NCBI GenBank assembly: GCA_001938485.1
Contig: MQRK01249566.1
Coordinates: forward strand, 12,943-76,942
Direction: 5' to 3'
Source of the DNA: Girardia tigrina
Lineage: Eukaryota
DNA length: 64,000 nt
Below, in pieces: positions 50,816 through 64,000 of the stretch (the stretch's first letter is position 1; each line of letters begins with the position of its first letter). The notes beneath the pieces were generated by a model, which had not been told where the DNA came from, did not search any database, and saw only the letters and a program-made list of their open reading frames with translations. The translations under genes and the position numbers were made by a program.

Positions 50816-52142
50816 CAGTGCGTTCCAAAAGTCTGTTCGCACACATTGAAATTTTGATTTATGTTATTTATTAAATTTTTTAATTTGTTTAAATGCTTTA
50901 ATTTAAATAATTTTAGTAAATTTAAAATTGAAATATCAAGACCATTTTTTTAAGATGAATTAATTAAATGTCAATCTTTTAGATTCAATGACAACTCGAA
51001 ATATAGATATAAGGTTTAGGATTATTATTGTAGAATTAATGAACGAGGGTCATTCAACGGGTCGGATACAAGAAATTATGAAGGTTAGACATGGTATCAT
51101 TGTTTCAAAGCGGGGCATTCAAAAAATTGTACATAAGTTCAAGACATTAGGGACATATGAAGATAAAAACTTAGTGGACGACCTTCAAAATTACCAAAAC
51201 CTTCTGAAAGAATTATTCGCCGTATATGCTTGAAAAATAGGCGTATGTCGATAAGTAAAATAATAGGAGCTTTCAATGAAGCTGGAATGATACATGCATC
51301 ACGAAGTACAGTGAATAGAATTTTGATAAAGTACGGCTTAAAAAGTCATTATGCTGTTTGCAAGCCTTTATTGAATGGAAAGCAACGAAAAAGAAGAGTT
51401 GAATGGGCTCGGGATAAACAAAATTGGGACATCGATAAGTGGTCGAATGTAGTTTTTAGCGATGAATATATGTTCCGCACATATAGCCACGCTCGTAGCG
51501 AAATCGTTAGAAGGTTTGACAATGAAAGGCTTAGTCACATTTGTACTAAGAAGGTCCTCCAACACGGTGCCCAAGTTCATGTATGGGGATCTTTCTTCAG
51601 ATTTGGTGTTGATATCTTAAAACGGATAAAGGGAAATTTAAATTCGAAGAACTATAAAGACCTAATTGTCAATGACATAGACATTACAGGGCAATGCTTG
51701 GAATTCCCTCTTCCAAATTTTATATTTCAGCAAGACAATGCGCCTTGCCATCCATCAGCATCAATAGTGTCTTTTTTGAAAACAAAGAAGATAAATATTC
51801 TTGATTGGCCTGCCAACTCACCAGATGTAAACCCATTTAAGAATTTGTGGGGTATTATAAAGAGAAAAATAAATAATATGGATACTATGAATTCAGAGAA
51901 AATGTAGATAGAAATACAAAAGTTATGGTACAACATACCAAGTTCTTTATGTCGTCGACTTGTCGATTCGATGCCGCGAAGGGTGTCTTCAATCATCAAG
52001 ATGAAAGGATACCACACAAAATATTAAAAATAACATTTTTATTTGTAAATATAATATTTACTTCCACTTCATCATCTTTTTACTTAGGAATTTGTATAAG
52101 TGATGATTTTTATGGGTGCGAACAGACTTTTGGAACGCACTG
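50816..52142 (+). mobile_element. Full-length Tc1-like element (1327 bp), inactivated transposase 50988-52027
   Basis: Perfect 27-bp TIR CAGTGCGTTCCAAAAGTCTGTTCGCAC with TA TSD; VFSDE, FQQDNAPCH, WPANSPDVNPFKNLW (E->K); frameshift near 51170 and stop at 51905. Confidence 0.95.
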
Positions 52143-54039
52143 TAATTATATAAATTGGAAAACCCGAAATTAGATGATAATATTGGTTTTGTTTCAACGG
52201 TTCCCTTCTCTGAAAGAATCAGAAACTTCAATTACAAACTATATTAGCAAAAAAACTGACAACAGAAAATAATTGTAACCATTGAAAGTTTTTCGTCAGT
52301 CTCTTGGGAAAACTCGAAGTTAATTAACAATTTTGTGGCCAAGATTGGACTGGAATTAACAAGAAATATGAAGAGAATGTATTCAATTTTCAACAAATAT
52401 ATTTTTTATATATATCCAAGGATAGTATAGTATCGAATTTGCCGGAATCAAAAGCGTCAAGAGAAGAAAAACGGAAGGCTTTTCGATTATATGCGATATA
52501 ATTATATTTTTTCAAAGTACCGTCAACATCCTATTAGTGATTTACATTTCTTAAATTTACCCAGGCTATTTTAAAGAGACTGATGGTTTATGTTAGGTTC
52601 GTTAATTATTGGAAACACAATTTCGTGTAAAAATATATTTTTTATTACCACAATCTTTTACATCACTCAAATTTTCAAAAATAATAACTTTCAAAATTCA
52701 AAATTTTTGAATATTCAAACAAACTATTTTTTATCACGTGTATGTTTTTTGAGGATATCAGTTGTAAACCCATATAATATTATAAATAATAAATATTTAC
52801 TTTACTGTAAAATTAAAATACCTGATGAATCTTATATTAACTTAAATTAAATACAATTAAATTCAATCTCAAATAATTTAACATTTATATTTAATTGTTA
52901 CTCTATACTTTGTAAATATTGAATATTATCTCTCTGATAATACATGTAATTCTCACCCTGATTATTAATAATTCTGACTTCAAAAATTTTCACTTCTTTT
53001 ATATCTATCTCACAGTTAATATTATGTATAATTTTTGTGATGGTTAATGTAAAAGAGAGGAGATAACCTAGTAATCCTCTTCGTTACTACAATGCCAGTT
53101 AAAGAGAAGTATAATTATTGAATAGTGTATTACTTTTAAGAAATACTATTAAAAACGAACACCAAAATTTGGTTGATGACTTAATTTTTAGTAATATTGG
53201 TTAATATTATTAAATTATTTTTTTTAAAAAGACAATTCTTTGATGAATCTAATAAATTAAAGACTTATCAAAGAATTCTCTTTTAATCGTTATTCCGATT
53301 ATTAAACCACCAAGAGTAAATAATGTCACCACAACAAATATATAAGAATTTTGATAACGCAACCACTTTAATTATTTACACTTTAATTAACTATAATAAA
53401 AATAACAACCAAATATAAGTACTAATAAGGACCTTCAAATGGATCAAATCAATTAATTTTTTTAAAGTAGGAATTTCGTATTCGACAATGTTTTCTTGGA
53501 CATAAAAGGTTCGTTAAATAACTTCACCAACGAACACAATAAAAATGCTGTTCACTTGTCACTTTAGTAAATGACAATAAAGCGTTATATCAATTAGTCT
53601 GTTTAGGGGAATATATTCTCATTCCATTATCATTAATTTGTGTACATCCCATAGGGATAATTATCAGTTAATTGATTTTTTTTTGAATTTCAAATTTTCA
53701 TAATCTGTTTTTATTTTCTTTCTTTCCCTTTTTGTCTTTCAACTTCTTTTTGATACAAATAAAATAAAATAAATTTTGACAACATAAAATATCCTTTTTC
53801 TTTAAGGACAATAAAAAATAGAAATAATGAAATAAAAAAATAAAAAAAATAATAATATTAACAAATACACAAAATCATGATTACAAACAAAACCCATCAA
53901 ATTTCATTCACTGAACAAAATCACAATAAAGAAGTACCTACTAAACTCTCCTTTTACAAAAATCACATAATATTTACCTTTGGTTTCTCTCTTATTTTTT
54001 ACAATAAATGTAACTGACCAGTACAGTTAACATAACATT

Positions 54040-54260
54040 CCAAAAAGTAGCTGAAGTATGCGAGATTTCAGCTTGTTTTCGGTCACCTTTTACCACAGCC
54101 TAATCCAATTGAAGAACTGTTTTCAGAGTAGGAAATCACTGTAAAAAGGATAATTGTAAAAACTATGATCAACTCATGAATGAGATTATATTGATTGTTC
54201 AAACTATTTTGAACATATGAAATCGTTTTTTGCCAAAGCCCTAACTCGTGAAGAATTTTA
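54040..54260 (+). pseudogene. Small Tc1/IS630 transposase fragment
   Basis: PQPNPIEELFSE. Confidence 0.55.
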
Positions 54261-54419
54261 ATATAAGTATTTGATTTTGATTTTTTACTTGTCTTGTATG
54301 CTAATTGTTTTTACTACTTTTTGTCGAAACATTTCACAAAATTGACAAATTAAAGAATTTTTTTCAAAAATTATATAGAGCTAACCATACAATTCAACAA
54401 AAAATATCAAATTGACAAT

Positions 54420-54600
54420 GTGAGATGATCTTCTTCAATAACAATGCTCAACCCCATACGGAAAAAAAACTGTCAAGGTGGCATTTTGGGAGCTCGGTAG
54501 GGAGATCCTTCAACATTCTACTTATTCCCCAGACTTCACCCTAAATGATTTCCATCTTTTCCGGTTACCTTTCAAATGAAATGAGGAGTCAGCATATAAT
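54420..54600 (+). pseudogene. Small mariner transposase fragment
   Basis: NAQPHT...EILQHSTYSPDFTLNDFHLFR. Confidence 0.65.
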
Positions 54601-57600
54601 TGACTCAGTCATTATTTTTGTTGTTAAAATCCTTTAATTTCATTGAAAATACATGTGTAGAAAACAACAGGAACTATTTTAATATCCCAAAATATATAAT
54701 TGGCCTACCATTCTTTTCATAACCCTTTGGTTTTCAAAAATGTTTTTAACAAATATAAACCATGTCAAACATTACAAATTAATATTTATTAGACCAAAAT
54801 ACACTTGAGAATGTCTTTTATTTGTTGAATAATTAAGTAGAGTAACTAATTAGTGTAACATTTGTGAATTTATTATGAACACACAATAAATATTGATTTA
54901 ACAAATATAACTCTAAAGGATCTTTTTTAAATGTTGTTATTTAAATTTTAAAATGAAGAAGAAAACCTGACACGACGCTGTGAAAACTTACAAAAAATGT
55001 ACTAAAACAAATGAGTAAGGGGAACCCTGCAAAATTGAAATCAAAAGACTATACGTAAACTCATCCGCACTGGCAAAATTCAGAAGCTGCTGAGATGAAA
55101 AAAATAAAATTACTTGAATAAATAATGTCAAAGACCTTTCCCTAAAAAGACAAAAATATTTCGTGATATAGAAATATACAATTGGTCGTTCCTCACAAAT
55201 AACGCGGTGCTTCATTAGGTGAAAAGCTATAGACTTAAAAACGAGCCTTTCTGGAAATTGAAGTTTCTTCTCTTGTGGTAAACACCTAGAGAGACTTAGG
55301 CTCAATACCATCTCTGAAAGAGACCGATCAGTGCCCATTCATTTTCTATCAAATATACTTACAATAAATTTTACAAAAATCTCTATTGTAACGAGCGTTG
55401 CTAAAACAGCTTCAAAAGCGGTCGATATTTTTTGTTCGTCAGATGTTGCCTGCGTAACAGTGTTCTCATTGGCTGTTGCCTTAAGTTTAATATAGATTAA
55501 TTGTAGATTAGTTATAAAGAAGTAGTATAAAAGTAAATACCTATAGAAATGAGAAAACTTAGTACTAGTAACCTTGTCGTAAAAGGGAACTTTTTTTTCA
55601 GCGCGAGAAATTTTGGCTGAAATTTTTCATGATTCTCCCAAACCCAGTATATCTGTGGTGATTTCGAGGGGAACTGACTTTGATCACATCATCTTGTTTT
55701 GAACTGATCCATACACGTAGAGACTGCTGATATGCTTTGTGCTAAATTTATAAAGGTGTTTGTAATATTTCTAATCTTTATTTCCAGGTTGTGTTTATAT
55801 AACAGAATCACTTAAAAAAGTATATGGCATTTGGGGTGCATTAACCCCTATGTATGTGGCGGTTTAGAGGTTGATAATTTTTACCGCTAATTTTTTATTA
55901 AAAATAAATTGAACGATCCTCAGGAAGTAAATTAATGTAATTAAATTTAATAAAAAAATATAAATTAAATTAATTAATTAAATATTTATATAAGATTTAT
56001 GTAAATCTTCTAATTATTCTACTGTTTTTCGTCAAATAAAATTTCAGTTACAAAATATTTATTTATGTATTTTTAAAATAAAATATAAATATAAAACAAT
56101 TAAGTATGAATATTATATTTAAAATAACGTTTTTATTTCAAAGTAAATAAACAAAAAAGATTATAATTTAATCATTAAAATTGATTGCAATAAAATATCA
56201 TTTTATTTTATATTTGATTATTTATATAAAATAAAATAAAAATGAAATATATTTTCTTTTGGCAGCTGTTGTGAGTCTTTTGTCGTGATATATTCAAACT
56301 ATGATCAACGCAATTCGTGATAATTATTTAATTAAGTACTTTCGAAAAATAAAGAATATTTAACAATTAAATACAATTATACTATTTTCTGTTTTATGGA
56401 ATTTTAAAGATATTAATATAAATAAATTACAAAAAAATTAAACAGAATAATTTATTATATATAAAATATTCCTGGTAACAAAACTTTAAATCTAATACCA
56501 GAAAACTAAATAAATATTAATTATTATTATTATTGTTCCTAAATTTCTGGATATTCCGATTTGACGACCGAGAGATTCGTACACTCAATCGTTTTTACGC
56601 TAACGAAGACCTATTCCAGGGGTTCGACACCTTTATTTGAAAAAAATGATTCCAGTTTTCTTTACAATCTTCTTTAATATCATACGCTTTTTATTCCGAA
56701 TTAAGCGTGGATTTAAAAAATATTTTTATAAATTATTTATTGGATATTATATTATGTACAGTCCCATTCAAACTAAGGTTTCATAATCGATAAGACTGTG
56801 TCGATTTCTGGATTTAGACTCTGAATTGATCGCAATTTACAACAATTTAATTGATCTATCTGGTTGGGGTGAAAAAGTGACAGTCCAATTCGAGAGAGGA
56901 TGTTAATGTATTTCAGTACGGTGCTACTGTTGGATCACGGTAAAATACCGAAGTATTCGGCCCGACTCATTTTTTGACAGAATTGCTGAATTTAATATTC
57001 TGGTCGTCCGATCACCGTTTTTCACACTTTAAACAACCAAAAATTTGTTTTATAAGACGGTAATATTAAAAAAATATCCTGAGTCCAGAGAATCAATATT
57101 TTTTGAAAATGCTGGTTGAAAAAATATAACGAAATAAATTATAATTAATAAGGAATCCAAAATTACAAATTTTTACAGATCATTACGAAAAGTTACTGAT
57201 AATTCATTAAAGTATAACAAATATAAAAAAATACAAATTTGATTACAATTTGTTTTATAATTTAATTATAAATAAGAGATAATTAGGGGTGATCACATTT
57301 TTTTCGTACGAAAATGACCAATCATTTAGATCGGACCCTGGGAAGTGGGTGAAGAATCGATTGCATAAGTACGAAAAATTGTTGACAAACTTACAAACGT
57401 ACAATGATAAAAGAAAATTAATAAAAACAGGTTAATTAATAATAAAATATTTAGTTATATTGTGTCGACCAATCTTTTATAATTTGTAAGAACAACAATG
57501 TGCTTTCAGTGTCGCTCTTGCTACAGTTCAGTAAAACAATTCATTAAACTATAAATGCCTTTATTTTCAAGGCATAAACACAAAAACCGCTTGTTCACTG

Positions 57601-58139
57601 GAAGGTCCCACGTTTTTGTCGATTGTACTTTTGTCAATACAAAAGCTTTAAGGCGAGCCACCAACGATCACTCGATGCGGCTTCTACTTCTTCACCTAAT
57701 CGCCCGAAACTGGTTGCTTTCTGAATCATCTGTCATACAATCCATCAGCTGCTCTTCTTTTAATTCGGAAATGTAGCAGCAGCTCGCGTGATTTCGTGCC
57801 CAGAGGACCACTATTGAAGCCGTAGATCTCTCCACCAGAGTCATTGAACTGCCTCGGGAGCGCCTCTTACGTTCAACAGGTGATACAAATTCCAGTCAAT
57901 TTCTACTTAATGGGGGCGCTCCACTGAGTCGTGCTTGTTGATTTCGACCGTTTTACAAACACAGTGTCTCCTACATGTAGCTCCCCAAGTTTACAATTCT
58001 ACGGGACCTCGGAAACTAATCCTTGTGACAAATCCCGGGATACATTACATTCATAATTCCGGGATCCAGGGACTACCATCCATACTTTTGAGGCAATCTT
58101 GAAACTCATCCCAAGAAGACTTTCTTCCCTGGTACATAA

Positions 58140-59030
58140 TTTTCCAATCTTATAATCTTAAATTAATAAAGGAAACAGTGGAAAAGATACTTTTTAAAGA
58201 TAGTTTAAAATATCCGAGTTTTGCTTTTCCTGATGGATCTAAGAAAGAAATCAAATTATCATTACATATTAACAATATACCTAAATATTGTTTAATTGTA
58301 CCTTATATATACTTCACCAGATAGTTTTTGTGAACTTAAGTATAAAAGAAACATGATTAAAGGTTTACTTTATTGCTCCTGGTCGTTGACTTCCACTTTT
58401 GTTAAATCTGTAGAAAGTGTTAATAAACTAAGTTCGTTGTTAAATAAGAATGGTTATTCTAAATCTTTTCTAGAAAAACTAATAAAGGAAACAGTAGATA
58501 AAATACTTGAAAGATTTTTCGAAAAATCAGAGTTTGGCTTCTCTTGATGGATCTAAGAAAGAAATCGAAGGATCATTAGATATGAATAATATGCCTAAAT
58601 ATTGTTTATGTGTACCTTATTATGAAGGATTTAAAAACTTTAAAAATGCATTGTTAAAAGCAACTAACAATGAATTAAATTTAAAAATTGATTTCATAAA
58701 ATTCAAAATATGTTCAGTAATGAATTTATTACACCTTCAGCAATTTGTTCTGAAATTTTTAGGAATATAAATGTAATGTAAAATATACATTGTAGAGTAA
58801 ACGAATGTATGTAAACGAATTCAAGAACATGGTCGCAAAATATTGCAGAACATAGGAAAAATGTAAATGTGATGTTAATATTGATGACTTCAAAATTCTG
58901 TGAAAGTATTTTGATAGATATTGGGAGAGAGTGTCGTGTGAAGCATTGTTAATTAGGTCACGTTGCCCTAAAATCAATGTTCAATCGGCAGTCTCAACCA
59001 GCTTATTGAGAATTTTTAATTGCCATGATA
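58140..59030 (+). pseudogene. Penelope-like element relic with partial tandem duplication
   Basis: YKRNMIKGLLY, LNKNGYSKSFLEKLI, CVPYYEG, WERVSCEALLIRSRCPKINVQ; 58160-58300 duplicates 58480-58620. Confidence 0.85.
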
Positions 59031-59912
59031 TAATCGATTACACAAGAATTATTTTCGGTTGTTCTAAATATATTGTCTATAAATATTTTTTACCTAATTT
59101 ATACATTTGTTATATTTTTGTTGTTTCGAATTTCTCAGGACTTGTTTTTATTGAAGGTTTTGGTGCACCAAGCTCTCGTGCAAAATGAATAGGTGTTAGG
59201 AATATCAAATTATTTTTAATTATTAAATTCTTACAAAACCTACAAATGGTGAAAAAAATTTTATAAAATATTTTTATAGAAAGAAAAGAAAACCATTTAA
59301 AAATTTGATAATATAAATATAAAAGATTTTCAAATTTCAATAAAATATTTCAATTTATTTTCGATTACGAAAAAGAAAACTTTTAACTTCACAAAAAAAG
59401 CAAATAGAAATAAAACATTTTCGTGTATAAAGTGTCAAATGTTTTAATTTTTAAACATAGAAATTCCTGTTCAAATATTCACCTATTGTTTCTAGAATTC
59501 ATTTGATCCGAAAACAGTCGAACACCGCTGTGAGAAGTGGTTGCAACATCAATATCTGAATTCATTTTTTAACACCAAAATTTATTACTATAACAACAAT
59601 TCACATATTTAAACAAATTTTTCTGTTAATTTAATTATCTCGCCACAAATTAATCTATTAAATTCTTTTCGATTCAATTTTTAAAATCTTGCAAATTTAT
59701 TAAATAATTTTCCCATTAAACGAAAAATTTATTCTAAAATTTATTTAAAATTGTTTCATAACTTCTATTGGGTTCGGGATTAAAAGTCCAAGTCATAATT
59801 TGCAAACTTTATTTCTAATACAACTTTCATTATTGAAACAAATTTACGAGGAAAAATATTTCAGTTACATAATCAGATCTAAAAATTCTAAATATAAATA
59901 ATAATATCGATG

Positions 59913-59959
<47 letters not shown>

Positions 59960-61217
59960 TATTTTATTCAATTTTGCATAAATCATATTTTGTTTTTGTT
60001 TTATTGATTTTTTACAATGTTTATTAATTGAAATATAAATTTAGATCTTTAAAAATATTTTAATGGAAATATCCAGTAAAAATTCAATTCCTAAATAATT
60101 TTTCTTTAATTTTAAATCATTCGATTATAAATTATTTTTTAATTAAACTTTCCAATTGACAATTAAATTCAATAAACATTATGATTTTATTTTAAATAAT
60201 GTTACAAGATATATCAAAATCTTCTTTACAATATTCTTTAACTCCGAAGCTGTCATTTTAATTGTGAATTTTTAAAACTTAATTTTTATAAAAAAATAGT
60301 CCCAATTTAATTAAAATATTATCATTACACTATAATTTTTTACAAAAATTATTTCAATTTAATTAGTAAAAATATTACCTATAAAATATATTTTTTATGA
60401 AACCTTATTGATTTTAATTAGTAAAAATATTATCTATAAACTTTTTTTATTTAAAAAATTATTTCATTTTAATTAGTCGAACATTATTTTTAATTTATCT
60501 AAAATATAAACATGATTTTTAATTTAAAAATATCAAAAATTTAAAGTTCACCAAAAGGAACCCCAACAACTTCTATTAAAATATATAAATTGTTATGACT
60601 GTAAAAATATTTTTATGTATAAATAAATATTTAATATTTAATGGTTTTCTTATCATTTTCAATTTTAAGATATTTAATAGATACATTAAAAAGATATTTT
60701 TTATTTTTAATTAGATTGTAAAATAACAAATCGCTCAACAAGTACTAATGACCGATCTGTTATTTTAACGTAATTACTAAAGTTAAATAGTCGGGAGTGT
60801 CAATTACAAATTAAGAAGGTGATAAAACAAAACTTTGTGAATTATCAAAATATAATTGAATTAGTCAAACAGTGATACAAAACTAAAAATTTTGATGAAT
60901 GAGATGCGAATAACCAACAATAAAGAAACGAATGGAATCCAATAACGTTACTTCTCAGACCGAAATAAAAAGCAGCGAGGTAATGGATCTGAAATTTATT
61001 GTCAACCAAAAATAGTAGCTTCTATTTTAGTAGAGATTATTTGAAGGTAATCGTCAAGACACCCCGCTGAAAAATGTCATAATAATTATCTGATGGTCTG
61101 GATGCGACGGCAAGAAAATTCTATCGGTAAAGAAATCTTCGAATAGATTCTGTTGATTCTAATTTCCGTAGTTCGAAATAATAATGATTATTTATTGATT
61201 TTTTTAATTTATTATTT

Positions 61218-61254
<37 letters not shown>

Positions 61255-61969
61255 GGGAGGGGAAATTGACCATTACTTTTCATTCTTTCTTCTTTCCTTT
61301 CTTTCTTTCTTTCTTTCTGATTAACTTCTTTCATGCGAATAACAAAAATATAAATAAATAAAAAATAGGAAATTACACATTTTGTAAGCCGCACACATAA
61401 ACATCGGTTAGCTACAATACGCAAAGAAAGTGTTCAAAAAAACAGAGGACAAACTTCTAGAATAAGACTTATAAACAAATACAAGAAAGAAACATCTCAC
61501 ACACAAATCAAACGCGCAGAAAAAATACTTTTGCAGAAATATTACATTGATGCCGAAATAAAAAACAGTCATTACATAGATATTTAATTTTTTTGTGATT
61601 TTCTTTTATTATATCATTTTTAATTTTTAAAATATTTAAAAAACACATTAAAAACATATTTTATTTTTAAGTATGTATTTGATTTTTTAATATTTGTTAT
61701 ATTATATTATTTTTAATTTTAAAATATTTAATAAGCATATTAACATTAAAATATTTTACCTTTTAAATTAAAAAAATAATAAATTATTCTGGCGAGATAC
61801 AAATTTACATTAACCCCTCATAACCGCCAAATAATTATATTTAATCTAATAAAAAAGTTGTTTTTTGTCACCCAAACTATTAATAAAACATTAAATTATA
61901 TTATAATACAAATTATTTTAATATGTCCTTTAATAATATATTTTTTCATGTTAATGTCCTCTCTCTCAG

Positions 61970-62110
61970 ACCCTTCAAATCCGATTCCAACGAACATCAA
62001 TGTCTTCAACTTCATCGCATTCCCCAACGTCGAGGGTCTTTCCTCTACCGACCTTCGAAAAAAAACTCCACCACAACCGATCAAACATCGGAAAATAATT
62101 CCGAAATCGG
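61970..62110 (+). CDS. PDE4: PDE4/dunce exon encoding the N-terminal part of UCR1 with the PKA site
   Basis: Acceptor ctctctcag|, reads PFKSDSN...PQRRGSFLYRPS (cf. QRRESFLYRS), donor GG|GTTAAC (phase 2) that is frame-compatible with the acceptor at 63201. Confidence 0.8.
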
Positions 62111-62736
62111 GTTAACATTTTTTTATTTATATTTGTCTAATATTTATATGACCAAAATAAAATGGAAGTGAGAAAAACATCACAGAAAATTCTACACATT
62201 GTAAAATTTGGGGGGAGATTTTATTTTACCAAACAATCGAAATAAAATTTCCTAGCAAATTCTTTTATCAACGAAATAGAAATAAAATAGAATTATCTGT
62301 TAAATATTGGAATTCTACCAATTATTATTTTTCCTAGCACAGAAGAATCATAGACGATTTACAGAAACTGGCACACAAACACTCGCAGAATTATCCCTGG
62401 CAGCACACACACCGACAGATTCAAAGAAGTGGGAAATGCAAGAGAGAATATGGCACTTCTCTGTTGTCTGCCGGTGTGTGTATGCGTGTGTTTGATCATA
62501 CCAACTACACATTTGATCGGTTTGTATGTGTGTCAGTGTGGGTGTGTTGTGATCTGCACACTTTGTGTGATCTGCACATGTTAGAAAGTGCAAGTTAAAT
62601 ATGATTTGATCATTAGGTAGACTTTTTTTAATCTAATGGGAAACATTAGCTAATTTTAACGGGCAATAGTTTTGCAATTGAGTTGATCTGGTTTTGTTTT
62701 GTCTGTGGCTCTAGAAAAATTGATTGAGTGAAAGAA

Positions 62737-63311
62737 ATGTCGTTTTGTTGCTTTGGTAACGGAAAATTTCGGTTGACTCGATCAAAAGCCAATACTGATT
62801 GCAATAAAATAAATAATGATACTGAAATTATCGGGGAGAAGTCGCCAATGTTAGACAACGGAAACCCGGAAAATCGGAATTCGAAAGATTGTAATGATCA
62901 TTCTTTTAATCAACAGAAATCGCATGATTCTTCGGACAACGAAGAATCGAAAGTTGTGCTAAGGTCGGAACCCGCTCGTCATAAGGTTACGAATAACGAT
63001 ACGGATAATGTGAACAGCGAGACGAAGTTGAACGAGTCTCGCAACAGCAGTTTCTTGAAATCCGTGTTTCATAAGAGTATTCGATTTGATGAGGAAAATA
63101 TGGAATATAATTCTTCTGTTGCTAATGTTAAAAGACAAAGTTCTCGTTTCCAAAAACCTTTTGTAGCGGCTTCAAGACGTGGCTCATTGTATATTTGTAG
63201 GAATGCCGACGATGTCATTATTACGCCGTTTGCGCAGATTCTGGCGAGTTTACGGAAGGTTCGCGCCAATTTCATGCTGATTACGAATATTACGAGCAAC
63301 CAAGAGAAAAA
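62737..63311 (+). CDS. PDE4: PDE4/dunce exon: alternative N-terminus (ATG 62737) running into the shared UCR1 segment 63201-63311
   Basis: DDVIITPFAQILASLRKVRANF matches PDE4 UCR1 (DDLIVTPFAQVLASLR.VR.NF); internal acceptor tttgtag|g at 63201; donor AA|GTGAGA at 63312. The gene continues beyond the window. Confidence 0.9.
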
Positions 63312-63742
63312 GTGAGAAAAATAATATTTTTATAATACATAAATATTATATATTTGATTTAAAGTCTTGTATTATTTGCTTTATAACAATAGATCATGGT
63401 TTGACTATTTAAAAATCTTATTTTGTGTTAATGATGTCGTCGTTACCTACCCCGACAAATATAAAATATATTAAGTAAATGGTCACATAAACGTTTATGA
63501 TAAGTTATTTATAATAATGAAAAATAATTTACAATAAATAATTTTTAATTATTTATATTAACCAATAATGAACGACTGTTTCGATTTTCAGACAGCGATT
63601 TAATAATTTTCTTTCAATATAAAATTGCAAAATATAATTATAATATTTCTAAAATAAGGAAAAAGTCCAATAAAATTATTAGACGAATTTACGATAATAA
63701 TAAACTTTTTTGTAAATAAATAAATTGAATTATAATTGGACG

Positions 63743-63780
<38 letters not shown>

Positions 63781-64000
63781 AATGATTTTGCTCAAGTTTT
63801 TTAAAAATACTCCATCATCAGCAATTATAGTTTATTATTTGTTAGTTGTAATATTAGTGGTAATAGAAGATTCTTATCATTTATATTTAATTATTCAAAT
63901 ATAATTGAATAATAATAATAATTTTTAAAAAATTTAATTAAATGTTTTAAGTTTTGAAATGGCTTTATTTTGTCAATTTTGAGTGTTTATTAATGATTTG

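Noticed and set aside
54988-55490. 116-aa ORF with nearby X-box-like gttgcctgcgtaac and ATTGG motifs
   Set aside because: No recognisable homology; the short motifs are not significant without expression data.
57560-58130. GC-richer island (and a similar one at 2450-2830)
   Set aside because: Probably TE debris; no ribozyme core, TSD or protein motif could be supported.
60720-61560. Possible extra PDE4 exon or antisense first exon
   Set aside because: Candidate donors exist but there is no consistent open frame or homology.

Overview
Very AT-rich eukaryotic DNA, probably a planarian/flatworm. That is an inference from the 18S fragment, short 32-42 nt GT-AG introns and the repeat content. 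The window is almost entirely decayed mobile elements: Tc1/mariner (near-complete copies at 13.0-14.4 kb and 50.8-52.1 kb), hAT, Chapaev-like, Penelope-like GIY-YIG fragments, gag relics, a Maverick/Polinton-type pPolB fragment and MITEs. The only clear host gene is the 5' part of a PDE4/dunce cAMP phosphodiesterase at 61.9-63.3 kb; a phase-compatible candidate first exon at 18.7-18.9 kb would put most of the window inside one PDE4 intron. Highlights: (1) three ~360-410 bp non-coding elements that each begin with an HDV-like ribozyme fold. One is a monomer with a 13-bp target-site duplication; two sit in tandem inside the YIG codons of a Penelope GIY-YIG gene and share a covarying kink-turn. 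(2) An endogenous CRESS-DNA/PEVE-like element whose Rep (HUH + SF3 helicase) and neighbouring ORF carry short spliceosomal-type introns, with a perfect 21-bp hairpin nearby. (3) An 18S rRNA fragment captured inside a Tc1 transposase. All calls are by eye, and boundaries of decayed elements are approximate.
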